Shown here piece by piece: positions 1 through 9,641 of a DNA stretch of 48,487 bases; within the stretch, counting starts at the first letter, position 1, and every line of letters begins with the position of its first letter. The notes under the pieces are model-generated. The model saw only the letters and a program-made list of their open reading frames with translations. It was not told where the DNA came from and searched no databases. The translations under genes and the position numbers were made by a program. Origin of the DNA: Nitrospinaceae bacterium (GTDB lineage: Bacteria; Nitrospinota; Nitrospinia; Nitrospinales; VA-1). The stretch is taken from assembly GCA_046754465.1 (NCBI GenBank), contig JBHHVU010000019.1, forward strand, positions 1 to 48,487, in the 5' to 3' direction.

Positions 1-268
1 CCATGCGTTGCTCCATTTCGTCCTTGCGTTCGCCCGCGTAGATGAGATGGGTGTGGCAGTCGACGAACCCGGGAATGACTGACCGTCCCTGGAGGTCGAC
101 CACGCGGGTATAACCGGCGCGCCGGGTCCCGGGATCGCGGATCACCTTCTGCACCAGTCCGTCGCGGACAAGGATCGCGCAGCGGGTGCGCCGGGCGATC
201 TTGGGCGGATGGGTGGAGTCTACCTGGATCAATTCTCCGATATTTCTGAAACAGACGGTTTGGGTCAT
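1..268 (-). CDS. hutI: Imidazolonepropionase, N-terminal part only (runs off window start)
   Basis: Manual translation from ATG at 268 gives [13 protein letters not shown]...[29 protein letters not shown], the amidohydrolase PGxVDxHTH motif; directly downstream of hutU. Confidence 0.9.
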   Translation of the reverse strand, partial: MTQTVCFRNIGELIQVDSTHPPKIARRTRCAILVRDGLVQKVIRDPGTRRAGYTRVVDLQGRSVIPGFVDCHTHLIYAGERKDEMEQRM

Positions 269-269
269 G

Positions 270-1982
270 TCATCTGGGGATGGAGACTTTTCTTTCCCTG
301 GCGATGGTTTTTGCCCGGGAATACCCGGCATCGGCATGGCGGGCGATTCCCAGTCCGGGATCGTTGGTGAGGACGCGTTCCAGGCGGTCCCGTTTTTTGC
401 GGGTGCCGTCGGCGACGATCACCATTCCGGCGTGCAGGGAGTTGCCGATGCCGACCCCGCCGCCGTGATGAAAGCTGACCCAACTCGCACCGGAAACGGC
501 GTTGACGGCGAAGTTGAGGAGGGGCCAGTCGGCCACGGCGTCGCTGCCGTCGAGCATGTGTTCCGTTTCGCGGTTGGGCGAGGCCACGCTCCCGCAGTCC
601 AGGTGGTCGCGTCCGATGACGATGGGGGCGGCGACCTTGCCCGATTGGACCATTCGGTTCATCACTTGGCCCATGCGGGCCCGCTCGCCGTATCCCAGCC
701 AGCAGACGCGGGTGGGGAGCCCCAGGACCGGCACTTGTTTGCGTGCCTTTTCGATCCAGCGGCGGAGCGCGGTTTTTTCGGGAAAGGTGTCGATCACCGC
801 CTGGTCCACCGCCCACAAATCCTTTTTGCGGCCGGAAAGGATGGCCCAGCGGAAGGGACCCTGTCCTTCGCAAAACAGGTCACGGATATACTCGGGGACG
901 AAGCCGGGATAAAGGAAGTGGCCCTTCTTGTCACGAATGCCGAGTCCGCCGCGCTCGGCCTGGCCGCGCAGGTTGTTGCCGTAATCGAAAACCACGGCGC
1001 CCCTTGCCTGCAATTCGAGGAGGGCGGCGGCGTGGCGGACGATGGTCGCCAGGGACCGTTTGCGGTACTCCTCCGGGTCCTTGCCGCGGAGGAGCATCAT
1101 CGCAGGGTAGTCCGCCCCTTCGGGCACATAATCCATCAAGTTGTGGGCGGAGGTCTGGTCGGTAACGATGTCGGGAATTCGCTGGAGCCGGAGCAGTTCC
1201 CGGGCGGTTGTAGCGCCGTTGGCATGGAGGCCGACGCTGACGGGCTTGTTTCCGGCAAGGCCTTCATCGATCCATTTCAACGCCTGGGCCAGGGAATCGG
1301 TGGAGCGGTCGAGGTAACCTTCGCCGAGACGGCGCTTGACCTGGGCGGGGTTGACCTCCGCCACGAGGATGCAGGCCTCGTTCATGGTTCCGGCGAGGGG
1401 CTGCGCGCCGCCCATGTTGCCCAGGCCGGAGGTGAATATCCATTTTCCGAGCAGGCTGGAGGAGGCGAAATGTTTCCGGGCGCAGGCGCCGAAGGTTTCA
1501 TAGGTTCCCTGGAGAATGCCCTGGGTGCCAATATAAATCCAGCTTCCCGCGGTCATTTGCCCGTACATCATCAACCCCAGCCGGTCGAGATGATCGAAAT
1601 GCTCCTGGGTGGCGTAAGCGGGTACGAGGTTGGAGTTGGCGATAATAACGCGGGGGGCATCGGGATGGGTTTGGGCGATATAAACGGGTTTGCCCGACTG
1701 GACGCACAGCGTCTCGCCGGGTCCCAGGCGTTTAAGTTCGTGGACGATGCGGTGGTATTCGCGCCAGTTTCTCGCGGCCCGTCCGCTTCCCCCGTAAACG
1801 ATCAGCTGTCTCCAATCGAGGGCGACTTTTTCGTCGAGGTTGTTTTTCAACATGCGCAGCGCCGCTTCCGCGTCCCAGTCGCGGCATTGCAGTTTCAGGG
1901 AAGTCCCAGCGCGGGGCGACCGTTTGGGACACTGGTCCATCGCCATGGGCCTTTTTTTGGGGGAGGGGGAGGACAATTTCAT
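270..1982 (-). CDS. hutU: Urocanate hydratase
   Basis: Motifs [62 protein letters not shown]. Confidence 0.98.
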   Translation of the reverse strand: MKLSSPSPKKRPMAMDQCPKRSPRAGTSLKLQCRDWDAEAALRMLKNNLDEKVALDWRQLIVYGGSGRAARNWREYHRIVHELKRLGPGETLCVQSGKPVYIAQTHPDAPRVIIANSNLVPAYATQEHFDHLDRLGLMMYGQMTAGSWIYIGTQGILQGTYETFGACARKHFASSSLLGKWIFTSGLGNMGGAQPLAGTMNEACILVAEVNPAQVKRRLGEGYLDRSTDSLAQALKWIDEGLAGNKPVSVGLHANGATTARELLRLQRIPDIVTDQTSAHNLMDYVPEGADYPAMMLLRGKDPEEYRKRSLATIVRHAAALLELQARGAVVFDYGNNLRGQAERGGLGIRDKKGHFLYPGFVPEYIRDLFCEGQGPFRWAILSGRKKDLWAVDQAVIDTFPEKTALRRWIEKARKQVPVLGLPTRVCWLGYGERARMGQVMNRMVQSGKVAAPIVIGRDHLDCGSVASPNRETEHMLDGSDAVADWPLLNFAVNAVSGASWVSFHHGGGVGIGNSLHAGMVIVADGTRKKRDRLERVLTNDPGLGIARHADAGYSRAKTIARERKVSIPR

Positions 1983-2893
1983 CCCGGCTCCTTTCTCGTG
2001 GCGACTCCTAGGCAGAAATAATAAAACATTCCCGCGGCCAGCCGGCCGGTGCGTTCGTCCTCGATTTCCGGGTTATATTCGGAAAGATCGAACAGGGCGA
2101 CGGAGGGATGGCGTCCGGCGATAAAGGCGATGTTGACCGCCTCCAGGGCGGTCAGCCCAAAAATGGCAGGACAGGACACGCCCGGGGCGTCTACCCCAGC
2201 CATGGAGTCGAGATCGAAACTGACGAAAATGGAAGCGCCCCGCCAGGCCAGGTTGCCGACCGAGGCCTCGAAATTGTCGAGCACGTGGCCTTCCTTTTGA
2301 ATGTTGTTCAACCAGAGGATGCGGCCTTTCTTGCTGCGAATGTAATCCGCGTGTTCGCGGCTGCATTGGCTCCCCTGGGAAGCGAATTCGATAAAATTTT
2401 CCCCGCTGAAGCGGGAGTCCTCCAATAGCTGCCGGAAGGACGACCCGCTGTGCGCCCGGCCGTCCATCAGGGGGCGGACGTCGAAATGGGCGTCGATATT
2501 GATGACCCCTACCGGGTTTTTCTCTGAGTATCCGAGCAGGGCGGAAGCGTTGGGATAGGACTGGTCGTTTCCGCCTCCCACCACGAAGGGGATGCCCCCG
2601 GTCCGCAGCGCCTTGCCGACCCTTTCCGTCAATGCCCCGTGGGCCGCCTCGAGGGAATCCGTTCCGTCGATATCCCCCATATCGGCGATTTTCAGATGTG
2701 ACAGATCGACACCGATTTCCGGATTGTCGGTCACCCCGTACCGTTGGAGCCAGGACCGGAAGTGTTTGGGTCCCCTGCGGGCTCCCGCCCGGCCGCCGTT
2801 GATAACCACCCCCTCATCGTGGGGAAACCCCAAAAGAAGGATATCGCCCTGATTTCCCGGTGTGAGGATATTCCCAATCCTTTTTTCTTTCAT
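1979..2893 (-). CDS. hutG: Formimidoylglutamase (arginase/ureohydrolase family)
   Basis: GFPHDEGV..NGGRAGA..GP, GGGND, NIDAHFDVR, SFDLDS, PGVS motifs; stop overlaps the hutU start. Confidence 0.9.
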   Translation of the reverse strand: MKEKRIGNILTPGNQGDILLLGFPHDEGVVINGGRAGARRGPKHFRSWLQRYGVTDNPEIGVDLSHLKIADMGDIDGTDSLEAAHGALTERVGKALRTGGIPFVVGGGNDQSYPNASALLGYSEKNPVGVINIDAHFDVRPLMDGRAHSGSSFRQLLEDSRFSGENFIEFASQGSQCSREHADYIRSKKGRILWLNNIQKEGHVLDNFEASVGNLAWRGASIFVSFDLDSMAGVDAPGVSCPAIFGLTALEAVNIAFIAGRHPSVALFDLSEYNPEIEDERTGRLAAGMFYYFCLGVATRKEPG

Positions 2894-3041
2894 AATTGAT
2901 TATATAGAGCCTATGGTGCCATTTGTAAACCTCATGTTTCGGGATATTTTCACAATCGGGCCACCCTTGTCTAGGCTTAACCGTTCTGGTATATTGAAAT
3001 AACGCAAAATCCAGATGACTACTTTTTTCCGAGGAGAATCG

Positions 3042-3449
3042 ATGATGTCCGCATCGGCCGAAGCGCTTAAAAAAGCGATCGAATATGAGAAGCTGGCCCT
3101 GGAAAAGTACAAAGAGGCCATAAATTGTTCCACGCATGAGGAAACCCGGGAAACCCTGAAAAAAATCGCATCCGAAAAGAATCAACAGATCGATTCACTT
3201 TCCTGGATGGTCCTGGCGGAAGCGGGGCAGCTGGAAACCCAAACCGGATCGGAACAAAAAGAAGGCGAGGCGCCCCAGAGTTCCGCCAGCAAATGTCCCT
3301 TTTCCGGAGCCCTCAAGGATATGGGAATCGATATTACCAAGATGGGGTCGATGTCCAAGGAGGACATGGCCAAGATGAGCGGCATGTCGGGCGAAGACAT
3401 GGCCAAAATGATGGGATTGGGTTCCGGGAACGAAAAATCCGGGTCCTGA
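3042..3449 (+). CDS. Small protein with a ferritin/rubrerythrin-like helical N-terminus and Met-rich C-terminal repeats
   Basis: AGGAG before ATG 3042; EALKKAIEYEKLALEKY...LKKIASEK helices; repeats MSKEDMAKMSG / MSGEDMAKMMG. Confidence 0.7.
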   Translation: MMSASAEALKKAIEYEKLALEKYKEAINCSTHEETRETLKKIASEKNQQIDSLSWMVLAEAGQLETQTGSEQKEGEAPQSSASKCPFSGALKDMGIDITKMGSMSKEDMAKMSGMSGEDMAKMMGLGSGNEKSGS

Positions 3450-3480
3450 ACCTTGATCTCCCAAGGGGAATCGCGCTTCC

Positions 3481-3900
3481 ATGTCCACCTATAAGCCCGT
3501 CGATCTGCTCATCGAATGTCCCAGTTGTGGTATCGAGAATTCACTAACCGGTTTCACTCCGGAATTTCCCGCCATATGCAACCAGTGCCGGGAGCGGCTC
3601 CTGGGGTCCGGTCTCGAAGAAACTCACAACCAATATATTTGTGAGGGATGCGGGCTGATTCTGCTGCTTTCCCGGAGTACCCCAATTGCCCGGGGCGATT
3701 CCGCCTGCCGTTGCGGGAGCACGCATTTCACGTCGGTGGAGCCCCCGGCCATCCAGTCTCTTCTTGGAAAAAAGGACGATGACGGCCCGGTTCAGGACGG
3801 CGGGACGACCGAAGGGGAATTCGACTGGTGCCGACCGTCCCAGGACGAAAATATCTCCGAAGATTACAACGACATCTTCGACAACGATCCGAGTCACTGA
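3481..3900 (+). CDS. Hypothetical Cys-rich (zinc-ribbon-like) protein with acidic tail
   Basis: CPSC, CNQC, CEGC and CRC clusters; D/E-rich C-terminus. Confidence 0.75.
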   Translation: MSTYKPVDLLIECPSCGIENSLTGFTPEFPAICNQCRERLLGSGLEETHNQYICEGCGLILLLSRSTPIARGDSACRCGSTHFTSVEPPAIQSLLGKKDDDGPVQDGGTTEGEFDWCRPSQDENISEDYNDIFDNDPSH

Positions 3901-3952
3901 CTCGAATTTCCCCACCTTTCACTATCTTCAGACCCGGCTTATTCCCTCCCCC

Positions 3953-4050
3953 GGCGGAGTGCCTCCGCTGGCAGTTTTGACATGCGTTATATGCCGGACC
4001 CAGATCGATAGGCGGTTTGGTTGGACCTATTCCCTCCCCATGGGGGAGGG
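3953..4050 (+). repeat. Dispersed ~100-bp repeat, copy 1
   Basis: GCGGAG-TGC-CTCCGC hairpin, core TGACATGCGTTATATGC (3978-3994), GACCTAT, tail hairpin CCCTCCCC-ATG-GGGGAGGG; TATTCCCTCCCC also at 3940-3951. Confidence 0.9.
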
Positions 4051-4234
4051 CCATTGAAAAAAATACAGATATTTAATTTAATTCTTGTTAATTACAATGA
4101 ATTCCCTTTATAATTGGTCGAGTAAAATGCTAATTTTTAATGAGTAACTTGAATTTGATACATTTCAATCAAAACCTTTAAAGGTTTCTCATTCACAACT
4201 GGCGGAAACGTCGGCAATAAACTCCGGTAATCTT

Positions 4235-5521
4235 TTGAATTCAAAAGTTCTAACTCAACCTCCCCGTCGTATTTCCCCAAGGATAAAATCCCCAGCCGGC
4301 CAGGCAACCTTCGCAAAAAAACAAAAAGTTCCGACCCCGGATAGCGCCTGGGACGCCAGTCTGGAGCAAGCAGTATCCTTGATCCGTAACAACGACACCT
4401 TTTTGTTCAGCGCCGATATCGACCCCGATTCCGTCGGGTCCATGTTATCGCTTTCCCTTTATCTCCGCCTGCTAGGTAAGAAGGTTTACCTCATCATTTC
4501 AACCTCCATTGGGGAAAACCTGGATTACCTGGCGCGGATCATTGAATACAATTCCATTCCCGTCCTGCGCCAGGTGGAGGAAATCGGCCGGATCAAAGAT
4601 GAGGTCGACGCGATTATTTTCTGCGATACCGCCAACACGAAACTGGTGCCCTTTTATCCTTATATTCGGAAGCACCTTCTTTCCCGCGGGTTGCCGGTGA
4701 TGGAAATCGACCACCACTTTGGAGCGGACAGCGAAGTGATGACGGAAAACGGCGTTACCCTGTTCCGCCACACGAACGCCACCACGGAAATTATCGGGGA
4801 GCTTTTGAAAAAGCTGTTTCAAAAATTTCCCGGCCGGTCCCATCCCCTGGACCAGAGAAATATTCTCATCTGCCTCCTCACCGGCCTGCTTGGAGACACG
4901 GCTGGCGGCCGGGCGGTTCCTTACAGGGAAAATTACGATTACTGGATCCACACACTGGGAGAAAATCTCGGTAAAAATACGCGCTGGCGAAAACCCAACC
5001 GCACCCGCCTGGGGGATGACCGGGAAACCAAATTCGGTCACCCGGATGAGCTTTGGTCGTATCTGAACCGTCTCTCGCAGGAACAGTTGGCTTGCCTCAA
5101 GACCCTGAAGGAACGGATCGTCATTGACGGCGAGATCGGGTCCCTGAACCTTTTGAATTCCACTTACCCGCAGGTGAGTCACGTTTGCCGCCCGTACCAT
5201 TCCGACTGGTTCACGAATATGATGGGATTTTTATTGAACCAGATCTCCGAGGCGACCAGCAAGGTCGGGCTGGTTTACTACCACGGTAAAAACGCCGAGG
5301 ACCATGACTGCATCTATATCAAGATCCGCCGGTCGGCCAAATATTCCGGGATCGATCTGCGTCACGTGGAGATTAAACTGCGGAGCGCCTTCGACGGCAT
5401 GTACATGGGCGGGGGCGGCCACGCGGGGGCGGTCTCTTTTCGCGTCCATCCCCACGATGAAAATGAATTTCTCACCAAATTTGAAACAGTCGTGAACGAC
5501 CTCAAGAAAAGTCTCCCCTGA
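4235..5521 (+). CDS. DHH/DHHA1-family phosphoesterase (NrnA-like)
   Basis: DPDSVGS, FCDT, EIDHH, GLLGDT and GGGHAGA motifs; start codon uncertain. Confidence 0.8.
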   Translation: MNSKVLTQPPRRISPRIKSPAGQATFAKKQKVPTPDSAWDASLEQAVSLIRNNDTFLFSADIDPDSVGSMLSLSLYLRLLGKKVYLIISTSIGENLDYLARIIEYNSIPVLRQVEEIGRIKDEVDAIIFCDTANTKLVPFYPYIRKHLLSRGLPVMEIDHHFGADSEVMTENGVTLFRHTNATTEIIGELLKKLFQKFPGRSHPLDQRNILICLLTGLLGDTAGGRAVPYRENYDYWIHTLGENLGKNTRWRKPNRTRLGDDRETKFGHPDELWSYLNRLSQEQLACLKTLKERIVIDGEIGSLNLLNSTYPQVSHVCRPYHSDWFTNMMGFLLNQISEATSKVGLVYYHGKNAEDHDCIYIKIRRSAKYSGIDLRHVEIKLRSAFDGMYMGGGGHAGAVSFRVHPHDENEFLTKFETVVNDLKKSLP

Positions 5522-5619
5522 TTCCCCGTCCTGCCGGTCTGCGGCCTCTCCCTTTTCCCATCCTTCCGCTTCCAGGGAAGCGCAGGGAACTTTTCATCCC
5601 CTGACAAGAACCGCCGCGG

Positions 5620-7080
5620 TCAGGAGTCCGCGCGCCGTTTGAAAATCCCCCGCAGAACCAGAAAATCGAATTCATTGAAGGTTTGCAAAGCGGCCAGGAG
5701 CAGGAAGTAAATCAAGACGGCCGGAAGGACCAGCAACACCAGGGGCAACCCGGGAAAGCTCCACAGGAAAAGCCCCATTCCCCCGGCGGCCAGAGAGGGA
5801 CGCCACAATAACCCTGGAATCCCGGCATCCCCGCAATAGGCCCGGATCAAACGCCAATAAACAAGGAAGACGAATCCCTGGGTCAAGGCGGCGGCGACGG
5901 CCGCGCCCATCAGTCCCCAGCGGGGGATTACCAGGAAATTGAAGACCAGATTGAAAACGGCCCCGGCGGACACGGTTTTCAAGACCCGGGCGGTGCGGTT
6001 TCCGGAAACGAGAAGATACGAAGCGAGGTCGTTAGCGCACAAGAGGGGAAAGGTGAGTGCCAAGACCCGCAGGACCGGGCCCGCCGCCGCATAGGCCGGT
6101 CCATATAGCAGGTCCACCACACGGCCAGCGAGAAAACCCATTCCGGTGGCCAGGGGAATCCCTATCAGGAACAGGTAGCGGGCCGATTCCTTCCACATCC
6201 TGCCATGGTCCCCGTTTCCTTGCTCTTGGGAACGGGATAAAACAGGGAACAGGGCGGACCGGATACTCGCCATCAACAGTGCAAGGACTTCGATTAATTT
6301 GAATGCGGCGGCGTACCATCCCGTCTCCGCTTCCCCGCGCAGGAAAAACAGGAGAACGGCATCGATGCGGAAATAGATGTAAGTGAACAGAAGGACCCCG
6401 CAGATCGGCAGACAGCCCGCGAAAATCTCCCGCACGACCCTCGGATCCCACCGGGTGGACCTCACGGGAAACCGCTTGTGCGCCTGGCGGCGGGCGATCC
6501 ACAGGCCGATCACCGAAACCGCCAGAAAGGCATTTGAAAAAGCCACCACCCCATATCCCGAAACCAGCACCCCCAATCCAAAAACCAGGAAGAGAATCCG
6601 CCAAATCACCGTCAGAACCGATACCAGAGCCATTTGCTCCTGGGCGCGGAACACGGCCAGATAGATATCGGTGTATCCGTAAATCATTAATGCCAGGCCA
6701 ATGGCCGCGGCGACTGCCAGGGGTTCCGTTTCCAGTGAGGCGGCCCAGAGGGTTCCGGCCATGATGAGTAACGTGGCGAGAGACAACCGCCATTTCATGA
6801 AAAACACGTTACGGAGAATATCGGAGGTCCGTTCCGGGCGGCGGCTGATTTCCCGGGTGACAAAGACCCCGATGCCGGTATCGATGAAGACGATGAAGGC
6901 GCCGGTGATGGCAAAAGCGAAACTGAAAATTCCGAATCCATCCTGGCCCAGATAACGCGCCGCAAGAATCTGGGTCGCCATCGCGATGAGTTTCGCAAAC
7001 CCTTCCGCACCAAACAGCCAGATCGAGTTTTTCACGAGGCGGCCCGCCGTTTCGGCCCTTTCGTGGATGGGACTTGTCAT
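5620..7080 (-). CDS. Wzx-type polysaccharide/O-antigen flippase
   Basis: Many hydrophobic segments; ARYLG..GFG.F, YFRID.VLL, GWYAAA, LIP.WG..GAA signatures. Confidence 0.9.
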   Translation of the reverse strand: MTSPIHERAETAGRLVKNSIWLFGAEGFAKLIAMATQILAARYLGQDGFGIFSFAFAITGAFIVFIDTGIGVFVTREISRRPERTSDILRNVFFMKWRLSLATLLIMAGTLWAASLETEPLAVAAAIGLALMIYGYTDIYLAVFRAQEQMALVSVLTVIWRILFLVFGLGVLVSGYGVVAFSNAFLAVSVIGLWIARRQAHKRFPVRSTRWDPRVVREIFAGCLPICGVLLFTYIYFRIDAVLLFFLRGEAETGWYAAAFKLIEVLALLMASIRSALFPVLSRSQEQGNGDHGRMWKESARYLFLIGIPLATGMGFLAGRVVDLLYGPAYAAAGPVLRVLALTFPLLCANDLASYLLVSGNRTARVLKTVSAGAVFNLVFNFLVIPRWGLMGAAVAAALTQGFVFLVYWRLIRAYCGDAGIPGLLWRPSLAAGGMGLFLWSFPGLPLVLLVLPAVLIYFLLLAALQTFNEFDFLVLRGIFKRRADS

Positions 7081-7134
7081 GATTGGGTCATCAGGGGTTT
7101 GGGATTCATATAAAGGGAAAACGTTTCACGCGGG

Positions 7135-8775
7135 TCAGAAGATCGCCGGGTCCAGATGAATTCTTTTTATATATAACAGTTCCATGGGGTTCAACTCGAG
7201 CCCCTTGACGTAAGGTTTGATGAGCAGGTTTTGCGCGGAAACAAAGAGGGGGATCATGGCCACATCGGTTTCCGTCAAAAGAGTCTGGGCCTCGTTGTAA
7301 ACCGCGAGCCTTTTCCTGGGGTCCCGCAGCGTGGAACCCCGGGCGACCAGAGCATCGTAACGGGGATTGGACCAGCGCAGGCGGTTGTTGCCGCTGCTGG
7401 ACAGGAACAGGTTCATGAAATTATCCGGGTCCGGGAAATCGGCCCCCCAGCCCAGCCGGAAGATGGCGGGGGGATCCATCTGCAGCCGACTGAGAAACAC
7501 CTTCCATTCCTGGCTTTCAAATTCGATATTCACATTAAGATGTTTTTTCCACTGATCCTGAATGAATTCCGCGATGAGCCGGTTGCGGCTTTCGGAATTA
7601 TACGTCGCCTGGGTGGGGGGAAATCCCTTGCCGTTGGGATAGCCGGCCGCGGCCAGAAGCTTGCGGGCTTTTTCCGGATCGAACTTGGCGCCGATGTCCG
7701 GATTGTACGCGAACATGCCTTTCGGAATCCATGAGGAGGTGGGAATTTCCCCGCCCTGGAGAATGACGGGAATCCGGGACCGGTCGATGGCGTGAGCGAA
7801 GGCCCCGCGGACGCGGACGTCGTCAAAGGGAGGTTTCTTCACGTTGAATCCATAATAATAGCCCCGCAATTGCGGCACATTGGCATATTCCGGACTGTTT
7901 CTGTAATGTGGGATGGCCACTGGCGGCAACTCGATCATGTCCAGTTCACCGGTTTCATACAGGGTCAAAGCCGTGGTCGGTTCTTCCACCACATACAGGA
8001 TCACCCTATCCAGCCCTGGCCGTCCCTCGAAATGGCGGTCATTGGCCTTGAGGACCAGCTTATACTCGTGCCTCCATTCCTCCAGCGTGAACGGTCCGTC
8101 GGTCACGATATGGGCCGGGTCCGTCCAAAGGTCCCCGTACCGCGTGACGATATCCTCCCGCTGGGGAAAGGTCACCATGAAGGTGGTGATACTGGGGAAA
8201 TAAACCACGGGTTTTTTCAGCCGGACCTGGAGAACCCTCGGGGAAAGCGCCCGAACGCCGACCTTGGAAGGATCGGTGATCTTGCCTGAATTGTAAGCGG
8301 CGGCGTTTTCGATATCGAACAGGAAATAGGCGTATTGGGCCGCGGTCGCAGGATTGAGGAGGCGTTTCCAGGAATATTCGAAGTCCCTGGCGGTCACCGG
8401 CACGCCATCGCTCCAGAAAACATCATCCCGCAGGTAATAGGTGATCACCTTGCCGTCCGGGGAAAACTCCCATCTTTCGGCGACCGCCGGGACCGCCTCC
8501 AAATTGGCATTATACTGCGTCAGTCCCTCCATCAGATTGGTGAGGATGTTGAAGGACACGCTGTCGGTCGCCAGAGTCCAATCCAGGGTGGGCGGTTCGG
8601 CGCGGATGGCCAGGCGGAACGTCCGGTCCGTTTCGGCGATGGAACCGGAACAACCCAGGGATATTAAAGCCAAAAGCAATGCGGCCGCCAGACCGCGGCT
8701 GAGGCAAACGGCCATTCGCGAACGAAGAGGAGAACATCCTTTCATGGGATTAAGCATACCATTCTTTGATATCAC
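7135..8775 (-). CDS. oppA: Oligopeptide ABC transporter substrate-binding lipoprotein (OppA-like); true start may be ~8715
   Basis: Lipobox LISLGC, EPPTLD, WSDG.PVTA.DF.YSW.R, PPFDD.RVR.A, WGADFPDP. Confidence 0.88.
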   Translation of the reverse strand: MISKNGMLNPMKGCSPLRSRMAVCLSRGLAAALLLALISLGCSGSIAETDRTFRLAIRAEPPTLDWTLATDSVSFNILTNLMEGLTQYNANLEAVPAVAERWEFSPDGKVITYYLRDDVFWSDGVPVTARDFEYSWKRLLNPATAAQYAYFLFDIENAAAYNSGKITDPSKVGVRALSPRVLQVRLKKPVVYFPSITTFMVTFPQREDIVTRYGDLWTDPAHIVTDGPFTLEEWRHEYKLVLKANDRHFEGRPGLDRVILYVVEEPTTALTLYETGELDMIELPPVAIPHYRNSPEYANVPQLRGYYYGFNVKKPPFDDVRVRGAFAHAIDRSRIPVILQGGEIPTSSWIPKGMFAYNPDIGAKFDPEKARKLLAAAGYPNGKGFPPTQATYNSESRNRLIAEFIQDQWKKHLNVNIEFESQEWKVFLSRLQMDPPAIFRLGWGADFPDPDNFMNLFLSSSGNNRLRWSNPRYDALVARGSTLRDPRKRLAVYNEAQTLLTETDVAMIPLFVSAQNLLIKPYVKGLELNPMELLYIKRIHLDPAIF

Positions 8776-8966
8776 CGCAAACCGGGGAACGGGAACAACG
8801 GACCGCTGGAGGACGCTGGCCAGAGATGCGGCCCGAAAAGGGCAAAGGGATCGCGTTATAAGAGAAGATGGGATAAAAATTAATCGATCCCTGACCGATC
8901 ATATTATTTCTTTACTTTTCAACGGACATCGTTAGAATAAAACTTTTTACCCAAACAGGGAATCCC

Positions 8967-9635
8967 ATGGGGGACGATATTTCCTACTTGCGCAAGTGGT
9001 TTAGGAGAGGTCTGAGCAAAGACGGGCACACCCTCGATCTTTCTAACAGGGCGATTGGAAACAAGGAAGCCTTGGACCTGGCCGAAAACAGCCCGTCCTT
9101 TCCGGATCTGAAGATCCTGTATCTTCACACCAACAAGATAAAGGATTTGGGCTTGGAGGAATTGGCCGAATCGGAACTGTTCGATTCGATCCAGGAATTA
9201 TGGTTGTACCAAAACCGCATCGGCGACGATGGAGCCCGGGCTCTGGCGGAATCTTCCAGGCTAAGCCACTTGCACTACCTGAGTTTATACACCAACCGGA
9301 TCGGCGACGATGGGGCCGTGGCGCTGGCTCAATCCCCCGTGCTGTCCCAACTGGAAACGCTGGACCTGTCTTTCAACCGGATCGGAGACGAAGGGACCGT
9401 GGCGCTGGCCCATTCCACGACATTGAAAAACCTCAAGGTCCTGCATCTCGACGCGAACCGGATTGGATACGAAGGCATGCACGCCCTCGCCCATTCCCGG
9501 GGACTCAAAAACCTGACAGCCCTGAACCTCATGTATAACAAAATCCACCCCGGGGGCCTGGAATTGATGCGGGAATCCAAACGCCTGAAGAGTTTGCAAG
9601 TGCTGAAAACCGATCTCATCCTTCCCGACGACTGA
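8967..9635 (+). CDS. Leucine-rich-repeat protein (28-aa, ribonuclease-inhibitor/GALA-like)
   Basis: Repeated LxLxxNxIGDxGAxALAxSxxL units; no signal peptide seen. Confidence 0.9.
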   Translation: MGDDISYLRKWFRRGLSKDGHTLDLSNRAIGNKEALDLAENSPSFPDLKILYLHTNKIKDLGLEELAESELFDSIQELWLYQNRIGDDGARALAESSRLSHLHYLSLYTNRIGDDGAVALAQSPVLSQLETLDLSFNRIGDEGTVALAHSTTLKNLKVLHLDANRIGYEGMHALAHSRGLKNLTALNLMYNKIHPGGLELMRESKRLKSLQVLKTDLILPDD

Positions 9636-9641
9636 TCCCCT

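Noticed and set aside
186..2021. 611-aa plus-strand ORF
   Set aside because: Antisense shadow of hutU; no recognisable motifs
3975..4000. Repeat core as a XerC/D dif or pdif site (TTTGACAT...TATGC resembles TTTAACAT...TATGC)
   Set aside because: The arms are 3 bp closer than the 11-6-11 dif layout and the inner TAA/TTA bases are not kept; resemblance only
3953..4057. Repeat as a small protein-coding family (LTCVICRTxxD in one frame)
   Set aside because: Several copies have in-frame stops or 1-nt length differences and there is no shared start; a remote coding origin cannot be excluded
7121..7136. parS-like CGTTTCACG
   Set aside because: Only a half site; the palindromic second half (TGAAACA) is missing
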